From NCBI GenBank assembly GCA_001275005.1, contig JWZX01002736.1:1-42113 (forward strand): a DNA stretch of 42,113 bases, in the 5' to 3' direction. Below are positions 11,001 to 21,314 of the stretch, piece by piece. The notes beneath the pieces are model-generated. The model was given only the letters and a program-made list of their open reading frames with translations, ran no database searches and had not been told where the DNA came from. Numbering within the stretch: position 1 is the first letter of the stretch; every line of letters starts with the position of its first letter. This DNA comes from Chrysochromulina tobinii (lineage: Eukaryota). Made by a program: the position numbers and the translations under genes.

Positions 11001-12641
11001 AGCGCCGACGGCGCGCCGCCCTTTTTTCCTTGCGCCGTCAGAGTGCACAGCACCTCCCAGAGCATCCACGCGCGCCGAAGTGGCACCGCGTCCCGCCATG
11101 GCGCGAAGACGAGGCATGTGTGCCCGATCGCGGCCGTCGTGAGCTGGAAGACGACGTCCCAGTTGCAAGGCCGTTGTGCTGTGCCCACGTCGCCGATCCA
11201 GTGCTGGTACTGCGAAAAGATGTCGAGCCACACGTAATGCCGATCGTGCTCCTCCTCGGGCAGCGACGCCACGTGCGCACACACGGTGTCCACGAGGTCG
11301 CGGAACAGGTACTTGCGCGCGTGCGAGACGAAGATGGTTGGTGCGGCGGCCAACGGCACGCCTGTCACGGGGTCGACCGCCCCCGATCGGACGAGGCACG
11401 CGGCCAGCGAGTCCCCTGCTGTCTCGGTGAGCGGCTTGCACACGCGCTCGCACACGTCCTCAGTCGTGGCATCGACGAGCAGCGCCTCGTGTGCCCGAGC
11501 GAATGCGCGCAGGCACGCGACCGACACGCCGAGAAACGGCCAGTTGGGCAGCGCACCGACGGCCGCAGCAGACACCACGCGCTCCGTTGGCGCGTCACCG
11601 TCGCCGAGCCGCTCGAGGCGGACGCGCCACCACGCGTCGGAAGATCCGAGCTCCTCGAGGTTGGATGACTTGAGCGAGACAGTCTTGTTGTGCGGCGCAT
11701 CGAGACGAACGAACACGCGCTCGTCCAGGGCAGGCCCTTCGACCTCACCGACGCTTACGTTGAGCTCGGGCTTGCTCGCGAGTCCATGAACCCGCACCCG
11801 ACTCCCAGCGAGCTTCTCGAGGAGCGTGACACCCTGTGTAGTCAGCAGAGGGGCGCAGTGAGAGACAGCGCAATGCATTCAGGCGTCACTGAAGGGGGGT
11901 TTGCTGTGCAATCCACCCGTCTGATATTCGCACCACAGATATGAGGCGGGGCCGCGCGCCCGCACGCATGGCCGTGGGCACAACTCGATCGGCGTCCACG
12001 CACCTGGCCGTTGAGCTCCGGCTCATCCTGCAGGCCAAACAGCGCCGCCGGGTCGCCTGCCAAGAGCGCCCTCCGAGCTGCCTTCGCATCCTCGCTCACG
12101 GGCTCGAGCGACCCGATCCGAGCCAGTCGGCCTTGCGCGCCGCCAGCCGCAGCGGCGCCAGGCGCACCGCCTTCATCCACATGTCGCGGCCCACCCTCCA
12201 CGAGTATGTGACGTCGGAAGCTGGCACCGTGATCTCCTCAACTGGTTGCTGGTCGCCGCCGGTCCTGGCTCGAACAACCCACTCACCCGGCCGGCCCTCG
12301 TGCAGAAGGTCGCCCTCCAGGCCGACACCGGCGACGGTGGCGACGACAGGATCGCCTGGCCGCAGCGGCTGGTGGCGCCGCCGCTCCACCACGACGTGGA
12401 CGAGCGAGATCACGCCGTCGGACGCGAGGACGTCGAAGCCATCCTCGGTCGCCTCAACGAGTGTCTCAGCGAGCGGCACGCCGGGCAGGTACTCTTCCAT
12501 GTCCTTTGCAGCCATGTAGGTGCGGCTCCAATCGTATGGCGGGGCGATTGCGAGGTGCCGCGTCGGGCAAGGACGGTCGGTGAGCACGCGCGCCGTCGCG
12601 ATAGCGTCAATCAGCGCGCGTTCCGCGAGGGAGTCCTCCAT
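8093..12641 (-). CDS. Multidomain protein: SH3/Tudor-like modules, HET/TIR-like domain, about 12 kinesin-light-chain-type 42-aa TPRs, C-terminal Tudor/Agenet-like domain; intron 11834-12003; frame break near 12100-12165
   Basis: Motifs IFVSHA, YVWLDIFSQYQH and PWRDAVPLRRAWMLWE. Repeats read LGxLLxxQGKLDEAEPLLRExLExxRATLGDRH. A phase-0 intron joins PELNGQ|GVTLLEK and has CTGAC just before the AG. The 5' part (ATG 12641) needs a frameshift or a small intron. Confidence 0.8.
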
Positions 12642-12752
12642 CTTGCGAGCGAGCTTCTTGCGAGCGAGTTGACAAGTGTGAAGCGCATCCGTATGTGAAG
12701 CGCCGGTCCGGTGTCTTGGGTGTCGACTTATAAACATTGGCTGTGAAGCTGA

Positions 12753-12934
12753 GAACCCGTTTTTTCTCACGAAAAGCCAGGACGTCGCACATCGTGCGAG
12801 CGAGGCAGTCCACAGCTTGGCTCGTGCTAGATTTTCGAAAATGAATTTCCCATACAATAGTAGACGCCGCTCCGTCATGCGCTACGTAGGATGTGCGACG
12901 ACCAGGCTTATTTCCGTGAGAAAAAAACGGGTTC
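12753..12934. mobile_element. Foldback/MITE-like element with about 50-bp imperfect inverted arms
   Basis: 12753-12802 (GAACCCGTTTTTTCTCACGAAAAGCCAGGACGTCGCACATC...) matches the reverse complement of 12880-12934. A perfect palindrome ATTTTCGAAAAT lies near the centre at 12831-12842. No clear target-site duplication. Confidence 0.55.
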
Positions 12935-13520
12935 ACACGAGTCAAGACCATACCACAGCGATTATTTCCCGGTGTGTAACCGTTTGATCCGTGTGTCCCC
13001 GTGTGTCCCGTGCGTATGGTATGTCCCGACTTTCCCCGTGTTAGGTATTTGTGTGTGTCCCGGCTCCGATTGCCCGGGGGCCCCGGTGTTTGTGAATGAA
13101 CCGTCTTCACAACATTCACAGAAAAACTTGACATGACTTTTGGGCAGGGCATCGAAATATGACGATGTGCATGCAATCGTTGCGTCGTTGGGCCCGCAAC
13201 GGACAGAATTGCACTTAGGGGTGGTAACACCCTTAACTTTAAAAGGGCAGAGGGGGGGCGAGAGACGGTGATCCACTACATTCGATGCGCTCATCACGGC
13301 GCGTTTCGATCAATATGTGACTTTGAGACGAACCGTGATTGACGAAATCCAGTCGGAAGGTTCAGAAGGAATCGAGTCGAGACGAAATCCAGTCGATTCC
13401 CTCTTAGACTTCCACACCGACTCCAAATCTCCAATGGTGCTGATTAGCGGTCCTCTCCGCCCCTCTCTCCGTGGCCCTCACCCTTCGCCGCACCTATGTC
13501 AGTCAGAAGCCTGTGTAATT

Positions 13521-13725
13521 GGTACCCATGATAGCGTAGTACCGAGTGTCCGGGCACAGGGACTACTTAGGGACTACAGGTCCTGCCCGGGGTCGCATGC
13601 GGTGGGGCCCCGCCACGCGTTTGTCAACGGCTGACGAAACCAAGGTTTCGTCAACGGCCAGACGGGGCGCGCGGCCGGGCAGGTTACGCCACGCGCCTAA
13701 CGGCAGCGGATAACCGCCCGCCGCC
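13521..13725 (-). ncRNA. Candidate structured RNA or element: six consecutive hairpins, family unknown
   Basis: Stems at 13521-13543, 13550-13590, 13595-13618, 13623-13663, 13666-13697 and 13699-13725. Non-Watson-Crick positions read as G-U on the minus strand. Confidence 0.3.
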
Positions 13726-14023
13726 ACCAGGAGGTGTTTCATGCTAATCAAGATAAAGATAAACGAACAACAACCCTGACATCATAACAGTATACCACCA
13801 ACAGGCGCACCACACAACACAAAATGTTCAAAGAGACGAGAGGAGACGAGCACGCGAGAGCACGGCCTGATACGTCTCAACCCTCTCCTTCCTTTCACCG
13901 TACGTTAGCGCCGTGAGCCTTAGAGCCAGCACGGAGCTACTCCCAAACCCACAGTCATTTGGTCATTTACTCGGAGTCTCGGACCGAACTCATCGACGAG
14001 ATTGACGTCGACCGCGTTCCGGC

Positions 14024-14111
14024 TAAAACAGGACCACACAGTACAGCGGCGCTCATGCGGGCGCGTCCCCGGGGGGGCGTGTGCGTGAATTAAAACAGGA
14101 CCACACAGTAC
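14024..14111 (+). repeat. 21-bp exact direct repeat upstream of the helicase gene
   Basis: TAAAACAGGACCACACAGTAC at 14024-14044 and 14091-14111. Confidence 0.85.
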
Positions 14112-14219
14112 GGCGGGCGGTGCACATGCAGAGCTGCGGAATTTGTTGCCGACGTCGACGTGAACCCGACTGGATTCCTGACTGACTGGCGACTTCTTGT
14201 TCTTCCTGGTGCCCCGGCC

Positions 14220-16328
14220 ATGTCGAAGCGGGCGCTTGCCCGAGGCCCCTCGGTAGAAGACGATGACTCCTCGGACGACGAGCCCGTGGCCAAGAAGAAG
14301 AAGCAGAACAAGCAGCTTGTCGCGCCACCTGAAAAGATAGGCTCCATGCGGCCCGCGGCGTGGACGCAGCAGAGACTCACGGCCACTCCCATCCGCAAGA
14401 ACGTGTGGGAGGGCGAGCTTCCTGAACCGGCCGTGGATGAGGAGGCCGTCGAGTTGCACCGTGAGCGGCTTGGGCTGCGCGTGCCTGCAGTTGGGCGTTT
14501 ACCGTGCAAATTCTGGTTGCAGGGCCGCTGTCACAGGGGCCAGGCGTGCTCATTTGCGCATGTGAGTGCGGGCGAGGCGGCGGCGAGTAACGCGGCAACG
14601 TGTCCACCGCCCATCGAGAGCCTCTCGGACCGCGGCCTGCCGCGCACTCTGGGGCGTTCGATGCTCCACCTCGGCTACCGCGAGCCGAGTCCGATCCAAG
14701 CGCAGGCGTGGCCGGCGGCTCTCAAGGGGCATGACCTACTGTGCCGCGCCCCAACCGGCAGCGGCAAGACGCTCGCGTACCTGCTGCCCGCGTGTGCGCA
14801 CGCGCTGGCAGCGGGCACGCCGCGGGGGGGCACGGGGCCGGCCGCCCTCGTGCTCGTGCCCACGCGCGAGCTGTGCATGCAAGTGCTCGGCTTATGTCGC
14901 AAGCTCCAACGGCCAAGCGGCGTCCGCGCCGAGGCGTTGTACGGAGGCGAGCCGCGCGAGGAGCAGGCCGAGGCGATGGAGGGCGCGTTCCACGTGCTGG
15001 TGGCCACAGCCGGCCGATGCACGGACATGCTGAGCAGCGGACACGTGTCGCTCGCCCGGGTGGGCTGCCTAGTCCTCGATGAGGCCGACCAACTGCTCAC
15101 GCTCGGCTTCTCTGTCCAGGTGAGCCAGGTGCTCAGCCAGATCCGACCGGACCGCCAGATGCTGCTCTTCTCGGCCACGCTCTCCGAGCGACTCGAGACC
15201 GTCGTGGGCAAATGGTTCACAAAGCCGCCGCTGCGCATCTATGCCGACGAGGCTGTGAATATGAATGTGAATGGCTCGACCGCCCCCACTGAGCCGGAGA
15301 GCCTGCTGCCCTCGGTGGCGGCCGACGAGGCGAGCGGCGAGGCGAGCGGCGAGGCAAGCGGCGAGGCGAGCGGCGGCGCGTCGCTGGACACCGAGGCCGC
15401 GGCGATGCTGAGCAATGTGCCTTCGAGCGTCGAACAGCGCTTCGTCTTATGCGGGCAGGTGTGAACATCACGCCAAGACGGATGGACTCCTGATTGCCTC
15501 TGATGACTGCTGAGTGTGTCCGAATGCCACGGATTGCAGGGCAGCCGCTCGAACGAGCTGTGTGGGTTACTCGCCGAGCTCGGCCATACCGTGAGCGCCG
15601 AGGGCTCGGGGTTCGAGGAGCTCGGTGCGGGCCCGTTTGCGAGCCAGCGAAGCGCCGTCATGGGCACCATCGATGGCGTCGGCCAACGCGGGGGGCTCAA
15701 GGGCCACCTCCTCAAGGGCCACTACACCTCCTCCGCCACGGCGGCCGCGGTGGGCGCCGCCCTGGGCGGTCCTCGGCGTAACGCGCCGCGCGTGATGGTC
15801 TTCGTCAATGAGATCGCGATGCTCCGGAAGCTTGCCATACGGCTTCGGAAGCGCGCTGTGAAGTGTGAAGTGCTCCACGGAGAGCTCTCTCAACGGGAGC
15901 GTGAGGAGGCACTCCAGCAGTTCAAGGCCGGTGCAAGGCCCGTGTTGCTCACGTCCGACCTTGCCGCGCGGGGTCTCGACATTGCACGCCTGCCGGCCAT
16001 TGTCAACTATGACGTGCCCCCCTCGACCGCCTCGTACTTGCATCGGGCAGGCCGCACTGGGCGCAAGGGCGCACCCGGGCTGGTAGTGACCTTCGTGCGG
16101 CGTGACGTGCCCAGCCGCCACTTTGCGACGCAATCGCGCGCCCTCTTCAAGCGGGCGGGCTTGCCAATCCCCGAGGCGCTCCGCTCGCTACTACGAAAGC
16201 CGGTCGATGCGGCGCAGCGCACCCCGCGAAAGCCGGTCGATGGCGATGCAGGGCTGGCGGGGGCGAGCCTACTCGACTTTGCCGCCATGGCCGCGGTACC
16301 ACGGGAGCCATGCGAGATCGGGGCGTAA
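14220..16328 (+). CDS. DEAD-box RNA helicase with N-terminal CCCH zinc finger; intron 15459-15539
   Basis: CKFWLQGRCHRGQACSFAH; Q motif PSPIQ, APTGSGKT, PTREL, DEAD, SAT, ARGLDI and HRAGRTGR. The phase-0 intron joins LCGQ|GSRS. Confidence 0.92.
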
Positions 16329-16791
16329 TACAGAGAGACCAGACCGTGCGCAGTATGCGCGGCTTCGGCATGCGCAGCTCTGAACTGTGGCTGCGCCCGT
16401 ATGCGTTGGGAGGTGGCGGTCATGGTGTTGTTGGGGTGGGTAAGGCAAACACCGCACGTGCACGGCACGTCGAAAGGTGACATGATCTCAGATCTGGAGA
16501 TCTGCCGCACCGCGGCGTCGCGGGCCGACCCGCGACCGACCGCGCCGCGACCACACCGACCGGCCGCAACTCACCGACACGCGCGCGCGCCGGGCTCGGG
16601 GTCTGAAGATGCACTGTCACTGCGACGGCGATCGAGACCGTTTTGAAAACGTTGAAGGTCGGAACCGCGTTAAGACTTGAAATTTCTTCAAAGCCGCGTC
16701 GCCAGTCGCGCTCCACGCCGCCAGATGCCTTGAGTTCCGCAGAGACGACGTACAGCTCGGGACCGTGGACCTCTCCAGATGCGAACAAAAA

Positions 16792-17439
16792 TTAGGCAGG
16801 CAGCTTCAAGCCGCGCATCTGTTGAGCCTTGGCGCGGTCGGCTTCCGCACTCGCCTGGTCTCGAAGCTGCTCGTGAACATCTGCACGGAGCTCGAGCAGG
16901 TGCGAGAGAAGCGTGGCCCCCTGATGGCGAAGGGACCCGGCTTCATTGAGTGCACTCGTTAGTAATCCGAGTGCCTCCTTCGGATTGTTCGCGCGAAGTG
17001 CCCGCATCGCGTACATCCGCTTCACCCACGCCTTGGTGGCTGACTCTGGGACCGTGATCCCCTCCTCTTGCAGCAGTGCCACGCAAGTTGCAGGCTTGTG
17101 GACGTCATTAAAGACCTCTCCGCCTTCGGAGACGACATTTGGCCCCTTGCCACAATTGCCCAAGCAGCCACACGAATCGACCTTCGTGGCACTAAAAGCT
17201 TGCTGAAGCATGACCGTGTCTAGCATCGCATCGTTATTGATGAGCGCCTCATTGGCACACGCTGTTAGCACACGAAAGGTTTCGAGCGAATCTCGAGAGC
17301 CCGCCTTTTTGCACGCTGTGCTCGTGCAGACTCGCAGTGCGTCGAGGCCAGTCACGAGCAATATCACCAGAATCACTCGAAAAGGTTGCGTCGAGGCCCG
17401 TTCCGAGCCGACGGGCGGGCGCACCCCGACGGTCGTCAT
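16792..17439 (-). CDS. Thioredoxin-like [2Fe-2S] ferredoxin plus TPR protein, with N-terminal hydrophobic leader
   Basis: LRVCTSTACKKAGS ... CGCLGNCGKGPNV cysteine pattern, followed by TPR-like helices (KEALGLLTSAL, LLELRADVHEQL). Confidence 0.78.
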   Translation of the reverse strand: MTTVGVRPPVGSERASTQPFRVILVILLVTGLDALRVCTSTACKKAGSRDSLETFRVLTACANEALINNDAMLDTVMLQQAFSATKVDSCGCLGNCGKGPNVVSEGGEVFNDVHKPATCVALLQEEGITVPESATKAWVKRMYAMRALRANNPKEALGLLTSALNEAGSLRHQGATLLSHLLELRADVHEQLRDQASAEADRAKAQQMRGLKLPA

Positions 17440-17547
17440 CAACTCTCGATGAAAATGTAATTCGGTATGTGCTCGCCTTTTGAGAGCGATAGTCTTCGTG
17501 CGTCTGAGAAATACTTGTGTGTGTGTACCCCACCCACAAATGCAAAA

Positions 17548-19206
17548 CTACTGCCCCGGCACCTTGCGCTTCCCGCCACGGCCCTTGCCGCTCTTGCCGT
17601 CGACGTCCATCGCGTCGGCATCGGGACCAGTGGCCGGGCCTGCAGCGCCATCGCGGAGCCTGACTTCCGGCTCGGGCTGGGTGGGCAGGAAGAGGAGCTC
17701 CTCGTCGTCGTCGTCCGCGTCGGGCACATGGTTGAGCTCTGTCGGGTCGATCGTCACGATGTCGATCTTCTCATCCTCGTCGTCCTCCCGATGCTTCGTC
17801 TCCTCTTGCGCCACTATGTCGAACTCGTCCTCCCGCTCTGATGAGGGAAGCCATCAGAGGCCATCAGAGGCCATCGGAGGCCATCAGAGGCCATCGGAGG
17901 CCATCAGAGGCCATCGGAGGCCATCGGAGGCCATCGGAGGCCATCAGCGGCCCTCACCCGCGTATTCCTCGTTCTCCTCGAGCTCCTTAAAGTCGGGTGC
18001 GAAGGCGGACCAATTCTCCGAATAGCGCTTCGTCCAGATGTAGACTGCGCCCGAGCGCGCGCAGCACGCTAGGATCGGGCGCGTCGGATGGCTCGCAAAG
18101 TACAGAGCGCCGTCCTTCACCTTGTCACCCTGCCCGAGGATATTCACGAGGTGACCTTGCATGTCCCAGATGTAGACGAGATGGTCGGCCGCCACGTACG
18201 CCGTACCGATGATGTGTTCCGACTCGGAGGAGAAGGCTGCGTGTGACCACTGCACACGGTGGAGAAGGCCCTCCCCGTCAGTGGTGATCAGCGGCCATCA
18301 TTGTGCACTCAGGCGCACTCAGGTGCACTCAGATCAGGTGCACTCAGATCAGGTGCACCTAGGCGCACTTACCTGCACGCGGTTGACCACGTCCTGCAGC
18401 TCTCGCGGCGCCGCCTTCTCGCCGGCCAGCATGCGCTCGAGCGAGCACGCGCGGATGATGCGGTCGGACGAGTTCGCCACGAACGACTTGCCGTTGCGAG
18501 AGAGCACCAGGGACTTGATCGCGGCGCCTCCTGGCAGTTGTACCGACGCGACGACCTCCCGGGAGTCGACCCTGATCAAATGGACTGCGCCGCGCGAGGT
18601 GCCCACGAGCGCGTGTGAGCCCTCGCGGTCGAAGCACGCGGCGGCCACGGCGTCCCGCCGCGCCTTGGGCGCCTCCGCGCCTGCGGACGTCTCCCCGCTC
18701 GCTGCTGCAGCCTCTTGACCCGCTGGTGCCTCCGCCACGTCCGTCTGCGGCAGCAGCGCGACACGCTGCTCGGCCCCCGGCAGCAGCGATACCAGGAACG
18801 CCTGGCTTGCCGCGCCCGTGCCGACGCATGCGAGGCAGACCGCGCGCCGACGCGGGTGCAGTGCCGCCTGTAGCACCTCGCCGCCCATGTCGACCGTCTG
18901 AAGTGCGGTGCTGTTGAGCACGTCCCAGACGATCAGCTTGCCGTCGGCCGAGCCCGAGAGTAGCTTGCGGCTGCTGCGCGTCCAGTGCACGCCGGTGACC
19001 CGGCCCGCGTGCCCGAGCAGCGTGCGGGCGACGCCGTGCGTGTCAAAGTCCCACACGACCACCGTACCCTTGAGGCAGCCGCCGGCGAGCAGATTGCCGC
19101 GCCCGTTGAAGGTGCACACAACGACCTCGTCCGGCGACACCTGCAGCCGGTCCTCGATCATCTCGGGAAGCTCGAAGAGCTCCGAGTCCAACAGGGCGAG
19201 GTTCAT
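17548..19206 (-). CDS. RBBP5: RBBP5/Swd1, WD40 subunit of the COMPASS H3K4 methyltransferase complex; introns 18250-18372 and 17838-17957
   Basis: MNLALLD start, WD40 repeats, QDVVNRVQ|WSHAAFS, and the diagnostic hinge ENWSAFAPDFKELEENEEYA|EREDEFD. Both splices are in frame. Confidence 0.93.
17850..17947 (-). repeat. Intronic 10-nt minisatellite (C[T/C]GATGGCCT)n in RBBP5 intron 2
   Basis: Plus strand reads (GAGGCCATC[A/G])n; same unit as the myosin intron when read in the sense direction. Confidence 0.93.
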
Positions 19207-19384
19207 CGCGCGCTCCGCTGCGAGAAAGTCCGGTACGTGCACACCGCGCGGTCCGGAATATGCTGTGAAATGAGGCTTAGTTTGTTCCCCTCCCTAAACT
19301 GTGGAAACAACGTGAACTTATCCATCATGGGCCCATGTTTATTGATCGAACTCGTGGCCGCGCAGAACATCAGCCCTCCAACTC

Positions 19385-20087
19385 TTACTCCTCGTCGTCC
19401 CTGGGCAGCACGTACCCTTCGACAAAGATGGCCCGCATGGCGGTAGCAAGCGCGACATCCTCCTCGTTGGCGAGGGGACGACCGCCGCCTTCGCTCCGCA
19501 CATTTGCTACCGGACCGCTCGCAGTGGCAGCACCGGCGCCTTGCCTGCCCTCTCGAGCACTTGCAGCAATGATGCCAATGCCACCGCCGCCTGGCATGCT
19601 CTCGAGCGCAAGGAGCTGCTCTCGCCGACGGTTCGCGAGCGCTGTCGGCATCGAGCTCGCAGCAGCCGACCCTGTGGAATACCAGTGCTCGCTCAGAGCG
19701 ATCGTGGCTGTACGCTTGTCGCCGACCTCGAGCGCGGCCGTCGCGATCGCCTCCCATGCCTCGGGCAGCGCGCACAGTCCGAGCGCGCACACAGCGTCGC
19801 GCAGCGCTTCGGTCGATTGGCCAAGCCGCAGCCTTGCCCTGCTCCGTTCGACGAGCACCCGAGCGCCCCAACGCTCGCGCTCGCTCCCGGGTGCGCGCGC
19901 ACGCATCGGGTCTGGGATGCGTTCACCTTCCCAGCGCCAGACCTTATCGCCAGAGCGAGCTTCGCCCTCAAAGCTCAGCCCATCCGCCGCCATCTCTAGC
20001 TGGACGGTGCCCATCACGGCGCTCCTCGAAACCCTAGTGACGCTGCCGCTGCTGCCGCTGCTGCCGCTGCTGCCGCTGCTGCCGCTA

Positions 20088-20118
<31 letters not shown>

Positions 20119-21007
20119 TGCCGCTGTCTGCACTTTCCTCGCGCCACGTTCCCCTAAACAGCCTACCCGTGGCCTCTCCCTGCACGGCGCCGAGCTGCCT
20201 GACGCCTTCCGGCCACTCGAGCACCGTCTTGCCGTAGCCAGCTCGCACCTCGACGCCAGCACGTCCGGCGCCGTCTTGAGCTCGCACCTCGACGCCAGCA
20301 CGTCCGGCGCCGGCGCCAGCGTCGTCCGCCTCCGCCATGCGAGCCGCAAAGGCCATCTCCGTCTTGTAGAAGCTTTCGCGCCATCGGCTGCCGTTCCAGT
20401 CGATGCGCGACGCCGCATTCGCGGCGGCCGCGCGAGCAAACGTGGCGGCGGGCGGCGTGTCCAAAAACTTGTCCAAAGCATCAGGCGACGTCTCGAGCAC
20501 ATAGCTCGCGGCCTCGTCGAGCATCGGCAACGCCTCGTTCGCGCGGCTCTCCTTGGAGACGCCTTGAATGGAAGCGAAGACGTCGTCGAGCAGCACGAGC
20601 GCCGCTTCGTACTTGCGGTACGCGGTCACGAGCGCCGGGTCACACAACCATTCCAGTTCGTCCTCCAGCATCTTAGCGCAGTCGTCGATAGAGTTGAGAC
20701 GGAAAAGGTCCCGTGACCGGATAGTTGGCACGCCTGCAGCTTCCGCCGCAGTGCTACAGCCTTCGAGTTTCGCATTCACGCCGCGGCTGCAGCGGATGAA
20801 GCACGTGCCCGGGCGAAGCTCCAGCCACGGCGGCCCAATGACACGCATGCACTCTATGGCCCGCCGTGCGTAACCGTAGCCAGGAGTGTAGGTAGGGTTC
20901 CGCCTCCCGCAAATGTTCGAGTTGACGCACACCGTCAGCCGACCGACCGTGCACGCGGATTCAGTCGCAGCGAGGAGGGTCAGGAGAATCACATGAACCT
21001 TGATCAT
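19385..21007 (-). CDS. Second, divergent thioredoxin-like ferredoxin plus TPR protein with signal peptide and internal insertion
   Basis: MIKVHVILLTLLAATESA signal; LTVCVNSNIC ... TCFIRCSRGVN cysteine pattern; TPR ARVLVERSRARLRLGQSTEALRDA...PEAWEAIA. There is a 39-bp-period internal duplication near 20241-20312. Confidence 0.65.
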
Positions 21008-21026
21008 CGTGCGGAATTCTGCTGTT

Positions 21027-21065
21027 TGTGAAATGTGAAATGTGAAATGTGAAATGTGAAATGTG
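21027..21065. repeat. 7-nt tandem repeat (TGTGAAA)x5.5 just upstream of the 21007 ATG
   Basis: Direct reading; the sense strand reads (TTTCACA)n. Confidence 0.9.
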
Positions 21066-21314
21066 CGGTCGTCAGGCGAAGCGCCTCGATGTGACCCACA
21101 ACCGCACGATTTGGCGAGCTGCATGGAGAGACAAGGATCGCTGGTGGACGAGCAGAGTTGTGAAGCGTGTGAGCAGGAAACCAGCACAGCCCATTCAACC
21201 TAATTGTGCTGGGCTGAGGCGCTGAGCGTACTGGGGGTGGTAAGCTACCCGTAGGTGTTGTTCGCCGCGCCACCTCTCGTCTCCTACTGGTACTGTACTG
21301 CCTAGCGTAGCTCT

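Noticed and set aside
12940..13037. RNase P/MRP RNA (GGAAAGTC on the minus strand with a possible P4 partner)
   Set aside because: The spacing is too short and the CR-V consensus is missing.
13215..13573. Telomeric TTAGGG or telomerase template
   Set aside because: Only isolated hexamers; no array and no 1.5-repeat template.
13571..13590. SRP/7SL Alu domain (CCTGTAGTCCC on the minus strand)
   Set aside because: No helix-4 partner and no SRP54-binding helix-8 motif downstream.
13623..13663. Hammerhead ribozyme (CTGACGA, GAAAC)
   Set aside because: CTGACGA and GAAA overlap instead of flanking a stem II, and there is no upstream CUGANGA for the alternative register.
13740..13749. U6 snRNA fragment GATTAGCATG (minus strand)
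   Set aside because: Only 10 nt match; no ACAGAGA box or downstream stem.
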